A DNA stretch of 64,000 nt from Selaginella moellendorffii (GCF_000143415.4 NW_003314393.1:114694-178693), one strand, 5' to 3'. Shown: positions 25,856 to 39,213, counted from the stretch's first letter. Notes: generated by a model from the sequence alone, not told the origin. Made by a program: numbers and translations.

Positions 25856-26204
25856 TGTAATAAAGTGATCACCCCTTTAGCCAATTGGCTTAGGGTGTAA
25901 GTGATAGAATTCTAACATTGGTATTGGAGTAGTTCCATTTTCGTGACTGACAAATAAAGTAAGAATATTCTAAAGGGATATTTAACATGGTGGATATAAA
26001 GGGAGAACCATGGTTTAGTAGACCCTAAACAAAGGACAATGATGACCAAAGGGTAGCCTAGGTATGATTGTGGATGATCATTCCCTAGTGAGGGAAGGAT
26101 TGTTAGGCACCAAGTCAAAATAATATAATAGAAAAAAGGCTTTGCAATAAAGTAATCACTCTTTTAACCAATTGGCTTAGGGTGTAAGGGATAGAATCCT
26201 AGCA
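25856..26204 (+). mobile_element. TRIM-like miniature LTR element
   Basis: ~62-bp TG...CA direct repeats (25856-25917, 26142-26204), Met-type PBS TGGTATTGGAG, purine tract before the second repeat; no TSD seen. Confidence 0.5.
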
Positions 26205-26329
26205 TCTTCTAGACCAGTTTTTAAAGCTATGGATAAAGCATTTTGACAGTCTTGATCATTATAGCTGGAACTAAAAGAATTTAAGTACATGAAAGGTGAG
26301 GAGTTTCTATTTTCCTATAATGGGAATAT

Positions 26330-27530
26330 ATTTTTTAAATTTCCACTAGACAGTTTGTCAAGACAACCTTTTGCAGACAGTGTATGAGAATGATGGTCTA
26401 GCACAAAAAGTGTTGCTAAGGAACCAAAAGGCATGGGATGCTCACCAAAAAAGTGAGTTGCTTACAAAAGAGAAAACAGGTTATATGGAACATAGTGGAC
26501 TTATCGATTATAAACAGATAAGGGTGTATGTTCCACAAAAGGAACTAAGGAAGGTAGCCTTAAAAGAGTGTTATGATAGATCTTTTGCAAGACATGGTGG
26601 AGTTCTTAAGATAATGAGTTTATTTAAGAGAAAGTATCACTAACCAAACATGGCTAAAAACATCCAAGACTATGTAAAGATATATCCAACATATTAACAA
26701 ATCAAAGTCATGACTAAGGCTAGTGGGGGCTTGTTACAAAGCCCCTTAATTCCAGATTATCTATGGAAATGTTTTACAATAGACTTTATTATAAGACTCC
26801 CCCCAAGTAAGAGGTTTGATACAATATTTGTAATGGTAGATTGGTTTTCAAAGATGGCATATTTCAAATTCACCATGATGGAAATGGATGTGGAAAGTGT
26901 GGCAAATTTGTTCTTCGAACAAATGGTTCAAATGTGGGGAAGGCTAGAGGAAATTATCTTAGATCGAGATAAAACCTTCATTAGTAGGTTTTGAAGAACT
27001 CTCCTAGAATAATATTGCACCAAGTTGAAATTCAACATAATTTATCACTCATAGACAAGTATTAAGTATTGAGTTAAGTTTAATGGTAATGACACTTTTT
27101 GACAGACGGACAAACAGAAAAGGTAAATAAGCAACTAAAGCATTATTTACGATGCTATGTCTCTAGAGACCAAATTAATTGAATAAATCATTTAGGACTT
27201 GCAAAAATGTGTTATGACAACTCACCACATTCGAGTATTGGGGTGAGTCCATGGGAAGTCATCAATAAGTGAGCTATTAAAGGCCTTATAGAACTTGGTG
27301 TGGCTGAGTATTATAAAGAGTTACCTGTAATGGAAGCATTTATGGCAGAAAGACCCAATACTTGGAATCTATTGAGGGATTCTTTGGAACTGGCTCAACA
27401 AAAACAAATTAAATACACAAACTAGAAATGTCAAGATGTAGAGTTCCAATCTAGGGAGAAGGTGTGGTTGAACACCAAAAACCTAAAGTTATCAAGTGGA
27501 ATCAGTTGCAAGTTGACTCAAAGGTAAAAT
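26330..27530 (+). mobile_element. Degenerate Gypsy integrase fragment
   Basis: TIDFIIRLPPSKRFDTIFVMVDWFSKMAYF, IILDRD. Confidence 0.85.
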
Positions 27531-29155
27531 GCATATATTCTTGGAAATGAATTGACATTGTCTTTATCCTTGTCTTTGCACTCAGGTAGTAGTAGCATCA
27601 ACCTTCATTAGAATAAGACCATCTCCCATAGGAAATGGAGTTGAAGGACGTGTAGCGAAGGACATGGAGTGGAAGAGTGTAGTGCATGTGATCATGGGAT
27701 GAGATTTGGATATACTGTCACCTTGGATCCTTGGAACCTTGGGGGATAAATAGGGATAAAATAGCCACTAAGGGCTCTTTCATTAAGCAATTGCCCTTTT
27801 TCCAGTTGGCTTAAGGGGAGAGAGATAATGTGTGCTACAGTTGGTATTGGAGCAAATGGCACGGGTTTGATTCCCATTGATTAGTGGCTACTTAAAAGTA
27901 TAATATACCCTTGAGCAAGGTATATTCCTACCCCTAAATTTGAAATCGTACATATTGGGCATCCATACATACGTCCTTCCTCTTGTGTGGAGTATCCACG
28001 AACAAAGGTATCCACCATGGGACTGCGGTACGGGTGGATGACTAGTTGCCTCACATGGAATAGCTGGTCTACACAATGGAAGGATTGGTAGCTTGAGTGC
28101 AGAAATGGAAGTGCTGGTTCCCCTTGGCTCAGTAAGGGTTGTTAGTCAATAGTCAATGAGGACATTGACATTTTTGAAAGGGGGGTGAGTGTAACGCATG
28201 TGATCATGGGATGAGATTTGGATATACTGTCATCGTGGATCCTTAAACTCAGGAGATTACATTTGGTATCGGAGCGGTCTCGGGTCCGACTCTGTTGGTT
28301 GGCTAAGGGAATCACACCACATGTTGATTGACATCTGGCTGGTTCAGTTTGCTCCCGCTGGGCTCGACCCGAGGGGTAGGGTGTCAAGAGAGCGGGGCTC
28401 TTGGGAGAGTTGCGGCTCTCAGCTTTCGTTCACGAGGGCGTGAACTTGCAGGGAAGCGTGGTGGATTGTAAGCAACCAAAGAGAACGACTTGAGAGACGA
28501 TCCGTTGGGGTTCAGATATAGAGAGAAAGGGCCCATGAATAAGAGTGCACCCCCTATTCCAATTAGTTAAGGGTCTTGGGATATTTGGGGTTAAGCGTTC
28601 TTGGGTGTGAATAGTACTGGCAAACCTGTTAAGGTGCCGAGGTGAGATCACTAGGTGATCTTGTGGCTAAATAAGGACAAGGTCCTTGTTTAGGTTAAGG
28701 AATAAGGTTCCTAGTTCAAAGTGTGATTTGAACTATTGATGATGGTGTGGCTTGGTCAAGGTGACCAAGTGGGAAAAGCACCTTAGGGAAATGAGCTATG
28801 TCATTGCGATGGCATAGTGTGTCCAAGGAAAGTAGTCTCTAGAGAGACCCATGGGAGGGTCACAAAGTTGGGCCTTGGATAGAGCCCACCGCAGAAGATG
28901 CTAAAGAGACTTATTAGGGGTGAACACCCTAGTCTTGGTAGAGCAGAGCCTTTGCTATGGAATCAAAAGAATACCTCAAGGAGGGAGGTAAAGATTCGAT
29001 GTTGCTTGGTGCAACAATCAACGGATAGGAGCAAAAGATGAGTGGCCAAGATAGGGCCGTGGAATCCCTTGGAAGGAATCCAAGTGACAAAGTTAGGCGT
29101 GGAACACTAATGTGTTGGACGCTAACAAATTGCGGGAAAGGAAGTGTGTTTCCAA

Positions 29156-30585
29156 GAGCCCGGGTAGGTTTTGAGCTCATGAGCTCACGAGCTGAGCTCA
29201 TGAGCTGAGCTCACGGCTTCTCAAACACAAGAAAAACATTGGTTCGTCCCGAACCAACATCTTTCCATTCTTCAAATTTTGATTTAATCTATATTTCCAA
29301 GTAAATTCGACTAATAAAATACAAATATAAATATAGATCCGAACACTAAAAGCAATCTAAAAACACTTCTCAAGCTCCGCAACTGTAAGGCTTGCCTGGT
29401 GGATGTGATGGTCGATCTTAGGATCTTGGTTTAGTTCCTGCATAAAAATGTAATAGATGTGCTTGCAGGCTAAATATACCTTTCCCCTGTTCTCCCGCTG
29501 TGTAAAATCTGGACAGGTACAGGATGGATTTTCGCAGATTTTAACAGTGTAGCTCGTACCCTTTGATGACTCAGTCACAATAATAAACTCCTTAGCCATA
29601 GCACTGATGTAGTTTGTCTTTGTGATTGTGCACTTTAGCTCTTTTGCCAACTTGATCTTCTCTTGTGCACCTTTCGAAATGGAAGACCTGTATTGTATAG
29701 CCTTCCCATTCCTAGCTGGTCGTGTATGCCGGTCTAGTGTTGATATTGGTGGCATAGCAGTACTAATAGCAACATTTGAGGAAGTCTTTAGCTTGAAACC
29801 TGCTCTCTCCAGACTTTCAATCTCTTCTTTCAAAAGATTGCATCTTCGCTCAACTGGCCACTCCTCTGGCACAGAATCTGGCTTCAAATCTTGTTGGAGT
29901 TATTTTGTCCGCCAAAGGGGATTGTGCTTGATGCTACAGCAGGATTTGGATCAATGGTGCAGGCAGCAAAAGAGACAGGCCGAGCGGTTTTTGCACTTGA
30001 GAAGGAGGGTGCCTTTGAGGACATTCTTAGGAGATTTTGCGACAGGTGATGTTAGTGCTTGAAATAATCTATAATATTTATTCTCAAATGTTTCTATTTT
30101 ATTAGGTCTACACTTATCACATACAGTGTTTCAGTCCACACGCTTGATCTTGATGATATGGATGATCATATGGACCAAAGTCAATTCCACTTACCTATTT
30201 ATGCTGAACGTATGGCACAACATTACATACAACACGAGCCTATAGTGAAGGAGCATTCCACTATACCCATTTCTACTTTTCTGGATATGGAAGCAGAAGA
30301 AGATTGAATATATTCTGATTTTAATATAAATTATATTGTTTAATATATTATTTTCTTTTTTTGTAGACTAAAAGATTAGTTCATGTCGAACCAATAATCT
30401 ACATGAGCTTATGGAATACCTTAAACACCTAGATTTTATGTTAAAAATTCTTGGTTCAGGACGAACTAAGGTAGTGCCATTAAACTTTCGCTAGTTAGGG
30501 GATTGTATTGACTTCCGTTGACTTTCGTTGACTTTCATTGACTTGAGCTCAGCTCGTGAGCTCAGCTCAAAAACTACCCAGCCCC
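29156..30585 (-). mobile_element. Non-autonomous Mutator-like element (MULE) carrying a SWIM zinc-finger ORF fragment
   Basis: 9-bp TSD TGTTTCCAA (29147-29155, 30586-30594); imperfect G-starting TIRs rich in GAGCTC. Confidence 0.8.
29357..29887 (-). pseudogene. SWIM zinc-finger domain ORF fragment
   Basis: YTVKICENPSCTCPDF...ACKHIYYI (CxC-xn-CxH). Confidence 0.8.
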
Positions 30586-31584
30586 TGTTTCCAAGGATGG
30601 ATTCTGAATTGCTCCGATTTGGCGAAAGTGGAAGCTCCAAGGGAGGGAACAGTAAGGTAGCCAAATGATAGAGCCATGGACAGCCCTAACACAAAGTATG
30701 ATGAATGGAACTTAGTGCCCAAAGTGGCACGAAATAGAAGGGAGGATGATGGTGCCCTCAGGTAACGAACTTCCTAGGATGGGGAAGTGGAGTTGCACAA
30801 TCTGTGCAATGCAAGGTGTTGGAGACACCTAGGAAATGGACTTCCAAAAGTCAAAAGAGTAAAAGTTCCAAGGTGCAAACGTTCAATAGATGGAAATTGA
30901 GACTACTCGAGAAGGAGTAGTGGGATTGACTTAGAGAAGGGTCTCTATGAGGTTTAGCGAGAACTAAACCAATAAAAGGAGAGAACCACTATATGTGGTC
31001 CAATCAGTCTCTAAGTTGAAGAGTACCCAGGTGGCTCGCGTAAGGCCACGGTGTTCCGAAATGTTGTCCCAAAGGCCCAGACTGTAGAAAGGAAGAGGAG
31101 CAGTCCTCTGGGGTAGTGACCAAGGACACAGTCGTGTAGTGAGAAGCTCTATTTCGTTAAAGTGGGAATTGTCATTATCCCACTTGTAAAATAAGGTTTC
31201 CAAACCTTTATATAGTATATAAATATAACAAAATTCAACTGCATTGAGGCACATGCCATTTTATTTTAAACAAGGAAATGTCTACTCAATCACTTCTCCT
31301 CCCCCTGCCATTGCTTCACCTCTCTCTTCTCCTTGTCATCGTCGTCCAATTTCTTTCCATCCTTTTATATTGGCTTAGTTGCTCCGAGTCTAGGTGGAGC
31401 CCAAGTCCCCATTCAATCTTTACTTTCCCCTTATTAATAAAACAACTTCGTAGACTTCCAATAACATGCTGTAACACTTCTAGTATAATGCAAATCCTCT
31501 CAAAGAATTGTCTTTTAATATTAATACAATGGCATGGAACCCCATGCCATAATAAGTTACATTTTTAAATAAATACATGCCATC

Positions 31585-34500
31585 TCAAACTGTTATTTTT
31601 TGCCTCCAACGCCTATACAATAATCTTGGAATTTCATCACTCTCCACACTATCAGGATTTAAACCCAATAGTAATGCCATCTCTTCTCTAATACGTCCAC
31701 GCTCATGTTCAGTGGTCGAAGAACCCATCCGGTTGAGCAGATTATGGAGATGCGGATAGTGCTTGGCTAGACAATATACATGCCATAAATGATGACTGGT
31801 GTCTATTCGATCAAATGGCTTCTGATATACCGTTCCATCTGCCATTTGGTTGATTTCTGCAGCCACCTCCTGGACTGGCCGGTTCTCTATCACCATCGCT
31901 TCAAGCCGTTTTGCAAGGTCCCCCAGAACATACGGTTTCTTCTCCCTAGTTTCCATACTGCAAGAGATGGGGTGCACTGCATATGTGTGTGTGTTCGCTG
32001 CAGTTTTAATCGGCGAGTCATCGATGATGAGGATTTCACTTGACCTAGCAGTCCGGTTCATCACTACAGCCTCTGGCTTGACGAAGATGGGCTTGCTACC
32101 CCTCACATGGACCATAGTCAAGCAATCCTCCTGCGTTAGGAGAAAGTCAAATGGTAATATTACTCGCGTCTGATCGTGCATCATCTGTAGCAACGTTAAT
32201 GCATTGTGGCGCATCATGGATGTCCAAACTCCCAATTGCAAATTGAACCCGACCCTCTGTTTTTAAGTGTCGCATGGTCATTATTAGATCCCGCAGTTTC
32301 TCCCGTGTGATTAATGTGAATCTGTCTCTTTTGACCAGCTTGCGACCGCAGGCTTTGGAGGGTGCAGTGACATTCGAGGACGAGCCACGCTCATGGGAGA
32401 AAAGGACACCGTTTAGATCAAAAACAATACAGTACTTTCGCCGTGACTCTGAAATGAAATGCGTCAGCATAAAAAATGGTACAAATCAATTTTACCATCT
32501 ACAATATTAGCGAATGGTGCTCCCGATGGTCGTTCAGAGGGTTTTGGTCGAGGAAACGTGAAGGGCGGAAATACTCTCCTCTGCAATGTGGGGTCAATCG
32601 CATCCGATGGCGTGTGGGCACATGCCATTTTAGCTGTAGACTCTGGTACAACTGGCTCAACAGTGGCATGGGGTGGTTCCGATGGCGTGTGATCACACGC
32701 CATTTCAGCTGGTGCCTCCGTTGGCAAAGTGGACATGACCGAACAGGCAGTAGGGGCGGTGTAGGGAGGTTCCAACGGCGCGTAGTCAGACGATTGGGCA
32801 CACGTTGAGTCCGTTGGAAATGAGGATACGACCGGCTTGGCGGCTGGGGCGGCCTCATGCGGGTCCAATGGCGCCTGGTCACCGTCAGTTGGATACGTAG
32901 ACAAGATTGACTCAGTGGTATGGGCAGCATCAAGTGGAGCGTGGTCAGCTTGCTTGGCGTTGATATGGATAGTAGCCTCCACCAACTCTGATGACTCTTG
33001 CAGGCAAGTAGAGTCCACTGGCGGATCCATATGCATGTCCAAATATCTCCCTTCGATTGAGATGGTATCCTCCCTACTGGCTACTAAAAACAAACTCATT
33101 AGCACATTGAATCGACTATACTGTATTTACCATCAACTGCTATTGAGGAACTAAGACCGATATCACTTGGGCGCACTGTTGATTCTGAAGGATTGGACAT
33201 ACGTTTCGACCCTTGCTTGGTAATATCCTTCCTCGACACTAAAGGCTAGAGTTTGTATCTTAATTCAACTGAATAATCTCTACTTACCATTTCTTCTGCG
33301 ACCTACATAGACAATGTTAGAAATGGTAAAAGGTTAGGAATGGATGTACTATTATTTACCTGATGGTTTGTCTTGTATGACCTTCCTCCGCTGCTCTTTG
33401 GCCACCTCAGGCTAGCCATCGTCGTCATCATCGTCGTCGTCGTTATTGTGATCGTCACCATTATGAAGACCATCCAAGTCCTCTTCATCCTCCTCTTCTT
33501 TGTCCTCCTCTTCGTCCTTCTGCTCTTCCTGCTCATTATCTTTCTCTAGCTCCTCATCCCCCTCCTGCATTTCTTCCATAGGCTGCTCAGGCTGGATGGC
33601 TTGTTTTTCCAGGACCATCTTGGGAAAATCATCTGGCCAAGTCTCCATCTCAAAATACAAGACATCCATAGCCTGTTTTAGTGCCTGACCTAGGACCGTA
33701 TCCTCACCCGACTGTCTTAACATGGTTTTTGCACGTTCTTGCACCCTTCGAAGACGACGAGATGAGAAAAACGTGGCCCTAACTTGAAAAACATCCCTCA
33801 TCTATTGTACCTCTCCATTGAGATTGGGGAAGGGGAGTCCGCCATAAGAATCTGAGTCAGGAGCTGGTGACTGGCTCCTTTCACTCAGCCCTTGATCTGC
33901 AATGAATGGCATGAGCACACACGCCATAACCGCGAGGCATTACCTATCATCTTTTCGTTGCCCTTCTTCCTTTTCGAATCAAACGCCTCTGATCCCGACG
34001 ACTGTCCAACGTGCTTTCGCTTTTTATGACCACTGTCAGTTTGAGCTTGGCTGGTGCTTGCCTGTTTTGCCTTTGAAGAAGTGTCTCCTGCAAGGAATGG
34101 CATGAGAACACACGCCATTGCAAATATAATTTGTACCTCCTTTTTTCCTATTGCTTGTCTGTTTGTCCTTCTTCGACGCGCCACCAGTGCGCTTTTCAAT
34201 CCTCGTGTCTGAATATTCACAACAATCTATAATCAAAATGGCGTGAGGCCTCACGTGACCTTACCTTGTGCAGGTTGTGAGCTCGGCCTAACATCAGTAG
34301 CTGTTAACGCTGTTTCAGCATCTGGGGGTGGCCACGCTCCTGCATACAGAGCTTGTGAGATAACATTTAAACTTAAAGTGCGTATTCACCAGGTTCGCAG
34401 AGAAGATACTGTTTTTCTTTGGCAACTGTAATTATATGCTCCATTGAAGTCACCTCTTCAATGGAGTTTGTCACCGCAACACACGGGACACCCTTGAGTA

Positions 34501-36303
34501 GTGCGGCTCAAAAGAATAGTCCGCCGCAGTTGTACTCGACAACGCATTTGCCCTTGGAGTCACCCGCTATTGCGTTGAAGACCCAGCTGAGCATTTCCCA
34601 TGCTGCACTTGGAGCTTTCTTTGGATTCGAAAGCTCCATAGCCGTCTTCAGTTCCTCAGGCACGGGTAAATTGACCTCCCTCAGATCAGTTCGATCGGCA
34701 ACTCCCCGTCATGGTACCTCCTCAGCACATCTACCCATTTGTCAAAAACAACTTTTGTCGCGAGTAGAATGTTATGAATGCTGAGTGTGTCATTGACCCC
34801 CAGTGTTTTCGAGAGAAGACTCGAGAATTCCTACAATGGAAATGGCGTGAGGCCACATGCTATGCCATATACAACGAGGCTTACCTGCCAGGCGCTAGTT
34901 GCTAGTGCACGTCCTTGTCCTGGTTTTTGTGGCTTCTTCAGTTGAACCCAGAGCTTCCGTGTTCGTGCCAATGTCTCGTGCAGACCCGATTTGTAGCACG
35001 TTTCTTGCTTGACATTCTGCGCGTGGGAGATGGATATGATAGATCGGAGGGGCGAGTTGCCTTTTATCAGGCGGACAACTCTTGTCTTGAAGACTTTCTT
35101 CACCTCCTCGCCCACCATAATATCCAGAACTATCTCTTGCATCGCCAAGCTAGAATGCTGCCCGGAGACGGCATAGAACCGGATGTTCTGATCGTCCAAC
35201 ACCTTCCTATTGATCAAGTTTGGAAACCTCGTCTCGCCCTTCATTGTTTGGTAGTAGGGGATCACGTCTGCGATGTCGGGTGTTACTGGACTTGCCAGCA
35301 TCTTCTGCTTCAGTTTCTCCACCCACTCATCAGATACTAGCCTGTGGTTGTATTTGCTTTGGATGTCGATACGGCTCACGTCGATTGTATATACTTTGTT
35401 GGAATAGTAACAAGTACTATTATCTGCGACGATTTTTGCTGCCTCTTCTTGCTCTTTCTGCCCACTACACCCACTTTTTGGTGGCTGTAGTGTTCGAACC
35501 CGAGGCAATGGCATCACCGAGTAGCTTCTTTTTTGGAGCAGCAGAGTCGGACGTCGGCTTGAGCTTGACCACCCTTTTCTGCTTCGGGGTAGTTTCCAGA
35601 TCGACCCCCTTCCCCTTCGCTTCGCGAACTGGAAGCACTCTCAACGGCTCAATGTTGGAATATAGTTTTTGAACATCGCCGTAAGTGAGGTCCGTGGATT
35701 CCATGTGATCTTCATAGACCCGCAGCGTCTTTGAAATTGTGGGCCTCCTGGACAACCTCTCCCTAGCTCCCTCTAGGAATTCCTCATAGCCACTGCCCCC
35801 CTTCGGGAAGCCGCTAGGATGTGCAAGGTGGATCTTGAAGGCGGACGCTGTCTCTACCACAAGTGCCAGTCCATATTCTTGCATGGAACTGCATGGAGTG
35901 TCTGTCACTTGGATGAGGATCCCCATGCATTCTTTTCTCCCACCATCTGTGTTGTACAGCATCAGATCCTCGCCTTCCATCCCGAAAGTCCAACTGGTGA
36001 GCTCCTCCCCCTTCTCTGCATCCACATTGACAGTGGCTGGAAGAAGAACGCAATTCCTCGCCTGTTCAGAAATGCACAACAATTAGAGCTGACAGATGAA
36101 AAGCTAGCAGCTGGAAATAACGTGAGGCCACACGCCATTCACCACTGCATCAGATGTCTTGAGGCTGCATCCTAAGATGGCGTGAGGCTACACGCCATCT
36201 GTAACCGAACTGCACTCGAGAGCCCAATCGGTGCATGCCAATGTTGCTACTGAATGGCATGTGGCCTCATGCCATTTTCTACTTGGCCTAAAAGACTTAC
36301 CAT
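31585..36303 (-). pseudogene. Multi-exon transposon cargo gene: ParB/Srx-like domain, possible methyltransferase-like remnant, acidic region, FCP1/NIF HAD-phosphatase domain; disrupted
   Basis: ATG|GTAAGT at 36303-36301; GT-AG introns 36062-36300, 34831-34884, 34209-34264, 34088-34136, 33897-33943, 32449-32495; motifs YNHRLVSDEWVEKL...AVSGQHS...SHAQN and IVFDLNGVL...VWTS...IIDDSP; several stops and frameshifts. Confidence 0.7.
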
Positions 36304-36370
36304 TTGAAGCTGAATGGAAGCCGTGACAATCGAGGCCGGACTCGCTGGCGAATGTGCACTGTGTGTGCAA

Positions 36371-36407
36371 CGGATCGTAGCAGCAAGGCTACTCTGCCAC
36401 TTACAGT
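36371..36407 (-). other. 37-nt fragment of the 28S rRNA 3' end inside the transposon
   Basis: CGGATCGTAGCAGCAAGGCTACTCTGCCACTTACAGT, 35/37 identical to 10753-10789. Confidence 0.85.
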
Positions 36408-36509
36408 TGGAGAGTGGTGCTGAAATCTCCCGGGACGCCAAGTTGGCTGCGTGTGGGTGGCGGAGTGGGTGGCGGAGTTGGCAGCGAAGTTACAAACTGG
36501 GTGTGTCTT

Positions 36510-36690
36510 GAAGTGGACGCCGATGCACACGAGCGCGATGCGAGCGCGAGTGTGATGCAAGCGCGAGTGGACGCCGATGCACACGAGAAACCTGTAGAGA
36601 AGTGAGCGTGATCGCGAGTGGGAGCGCGATGCGAGCGGGAGCGCGAGTGTGATGCGAGCGCGAGCGCGAGTGTGCGAGCGCGAGTACAAA
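36510..36690. repeat. CpG-rich GCGAGCGCGAGTG low-complexity repeat upstream of the cargo gene
   Basis: Visible repeats; a similar GCGAGCGGC-type array lies upstream of the transposase (38700-38850). Confidence 0.7.
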
Positions 36691-39213
36691 GCAAAATGCA
36701 AACCTAACCTCACACACGCGAAATGTCACAACGGTTGGTAATCCCGCCACGTCATCATTCCTCGGACTTGGGCGCCACCATTAATTTCTGGATTGCCGCG
36801 CGCATGCAAGCACGCAAAATCCAAAAGAAATCCGCAACGTCATCATTCCTCGGACTGCATGCACGCGAAATCCAAAAGAAAGATCATGATTGGGATATCA
36901 TTTAATACCCTCGCTATATTTATACCATGCATGATTGGATATTCCAAAGCATCTTGTATTTCCAAAAATGGCAGATGTTCAGCTAAATAAAGAAATTCTA
37001 TCTGTTTCTATTTTTCTCTCAAATCAATTTTATAGCGTGTGGGCTCATGCAATTTTGAACCAAAGAAACCCAAAAAACGTTGGACCCAAAATATTTTGAA
37101 AAAACCCAAAAAACCCTAAACATTTTAAACCCAAAAATCCAGGCGTCCTGTGGCGTTATTCCTTGAATGGCGTGTGGGCACATGCCATTTTCAGGGCCAA
37201 ATGCTGAATGGAGAAAAATTCCCTTTCAATGCAAATGCTGCAAGAGGCAGATGCCGAGCACAAAGGACTGTAACTACCTCACATGACACAGATAAACTTT
37301 TCTCTATTTGGCAAAGATAAACTTTATAGCGTGTGGGCTCATGCAATTTTGAACCCAAAAAATGCACCAAAAAGTTCTCGGCGTCATCTGGCGTTATCTC
37401 TTGAATGGCGTGGGGCCGCATGCCATTTTCAGGGGCACATAGGAGTATATTCCTAGGATATTCTGACACGCGCGAGATTTTTTTGAGTTTTCTGGAGATC
37501 CAACCGTTAGATCGCAACTAGATTTTACAGAATGGTATACAATGTCTTTCTTGATGACCTTGCAAAGAAGCATCTCGATCGGACACCACATGAGACCACA
37601 CGAGCCTTACAATGTTTCAGGGGCATTTGCCATAGATCCGACCGTTATTTTGCTCCAAGATTTTACAGTTTGGTGTGCATTGACCTTTCCATCGACACTG
37701 CAAAGGGACATCACAATCAGATGCGGGATCACAAGAAACTAACTTCACTAACTCTGGTTTCACCAAGATCTACGTAAGGAGTTATGAAATGAAAGGACCC
37801 TCTCTATTGAAATGTGTTTATGGTCCTAGGGGCATTGTGACATATCAAAGGATTTTGCATCAAGTTCTGTATTTGCATGTTTATCAAGCAACTGAATTGC
37901 TAAACCCTAAACCCTAAACATGTGGCAAATGCTGCGTGAAGAAAGATGCCCTTTCTGGGCAAATGCTGTAAGAGACAGATGCCGAGCAGATGTATCTTAG
38001 GCTAGCGAAGGGGACAAACGAAAGCTAGCTATAAACATGACGGGATGTAAATAGATTACTAGACTGGTCCTGCGAAAATCAAAAACCATAATTGAAAACA
38101 TTGAAAATGCAAAAAGAAAAGTTTATAATATTTTTGAATTTTAACCAACCAAAGGAATGTAACTAGGGCATGTGTTTGTAAGTTTAAAAATGCCTCAACC
38201 ACTTAAATTCCCAAGTAAATAAAGCTATTTCTATTTTTGGTACAGGTAAACTTTATAGCGTGTGGGCTCATGCAATTTTGAACCCAAAAATGCACCAAAA
38301 AATGCTCGACTAGCATTATTCTTTGAATGGCGTGTGGCCTTATATTGCCATAAATGGACGTACACACAGAGCATAATTATTCCTTTACACGGCGAATAAT
38401 CTTGGCGCGGATCGCTGACATGGCATGGCAAAGTTCAAATCACTGACATGGCACAGCTGGATCAAGGCAAGGACATGATGTGACAAAGTTCAACCTCCGA
38501 CAGCAAAGTCTAGAAGCTACTCAGTTTGAAATTTGACAGAGGAGTCATAAGATCTGGTTTGTCAGAGGATTTGATGTGACATTCAAGCGTGTGTTATTTT
38601 TGAATTCTCGAACTCATTCCTAGGTCTATCATTTTTGTGCGCCGTGTTCTTGGTTCCGCTGAGCGCAGTGAGCACTGCTTGTGTAAGCGGCGTTGTGGGC
38701 TGTGGTTTATGCGTCTACGAGCGGTTGCGGCATTGCGAGCGCCATTGCGAGCGGCAGTTTATGCGAGTGGCAGTTTGTGCGAGCGGCGCTATGAGCAGTT
38801 GCGGTGTTGCGAGTGGCGCTACAAGTAGTTGCGGTGTTGCAAGCGGCACTGTCTTTGGTGTGGCTACCGCTTCCTCTTGATATTCGGCACTTGTGCTTCC
38901 TGGTATGTTCACCATGGAATGGCTTAGGACCACATTTAGAAATGGCATGAGGCCACATGCCATCTTGGGCCCTTGCAATTTCATGGCTAGCGTATTGTCA
39001 TGTATGTTTTTACTTGCCTGCAGCTGTGTGTATATCAAGATGGCATGAGGGCTCATGCCAATTTTGTGAATGCAAAATTTCACGTGGGTGTCAATAGCAT
39101 GTTTGAATAATGGCATGTGGCCTCATGCTATTGAGGTTGTTTGGTATGTTATGATTTAGGCCATTCTCCAATCATTTTTTGTATGGTCTTAACTTCTTTT
39201 CTGCACTTTCAGA

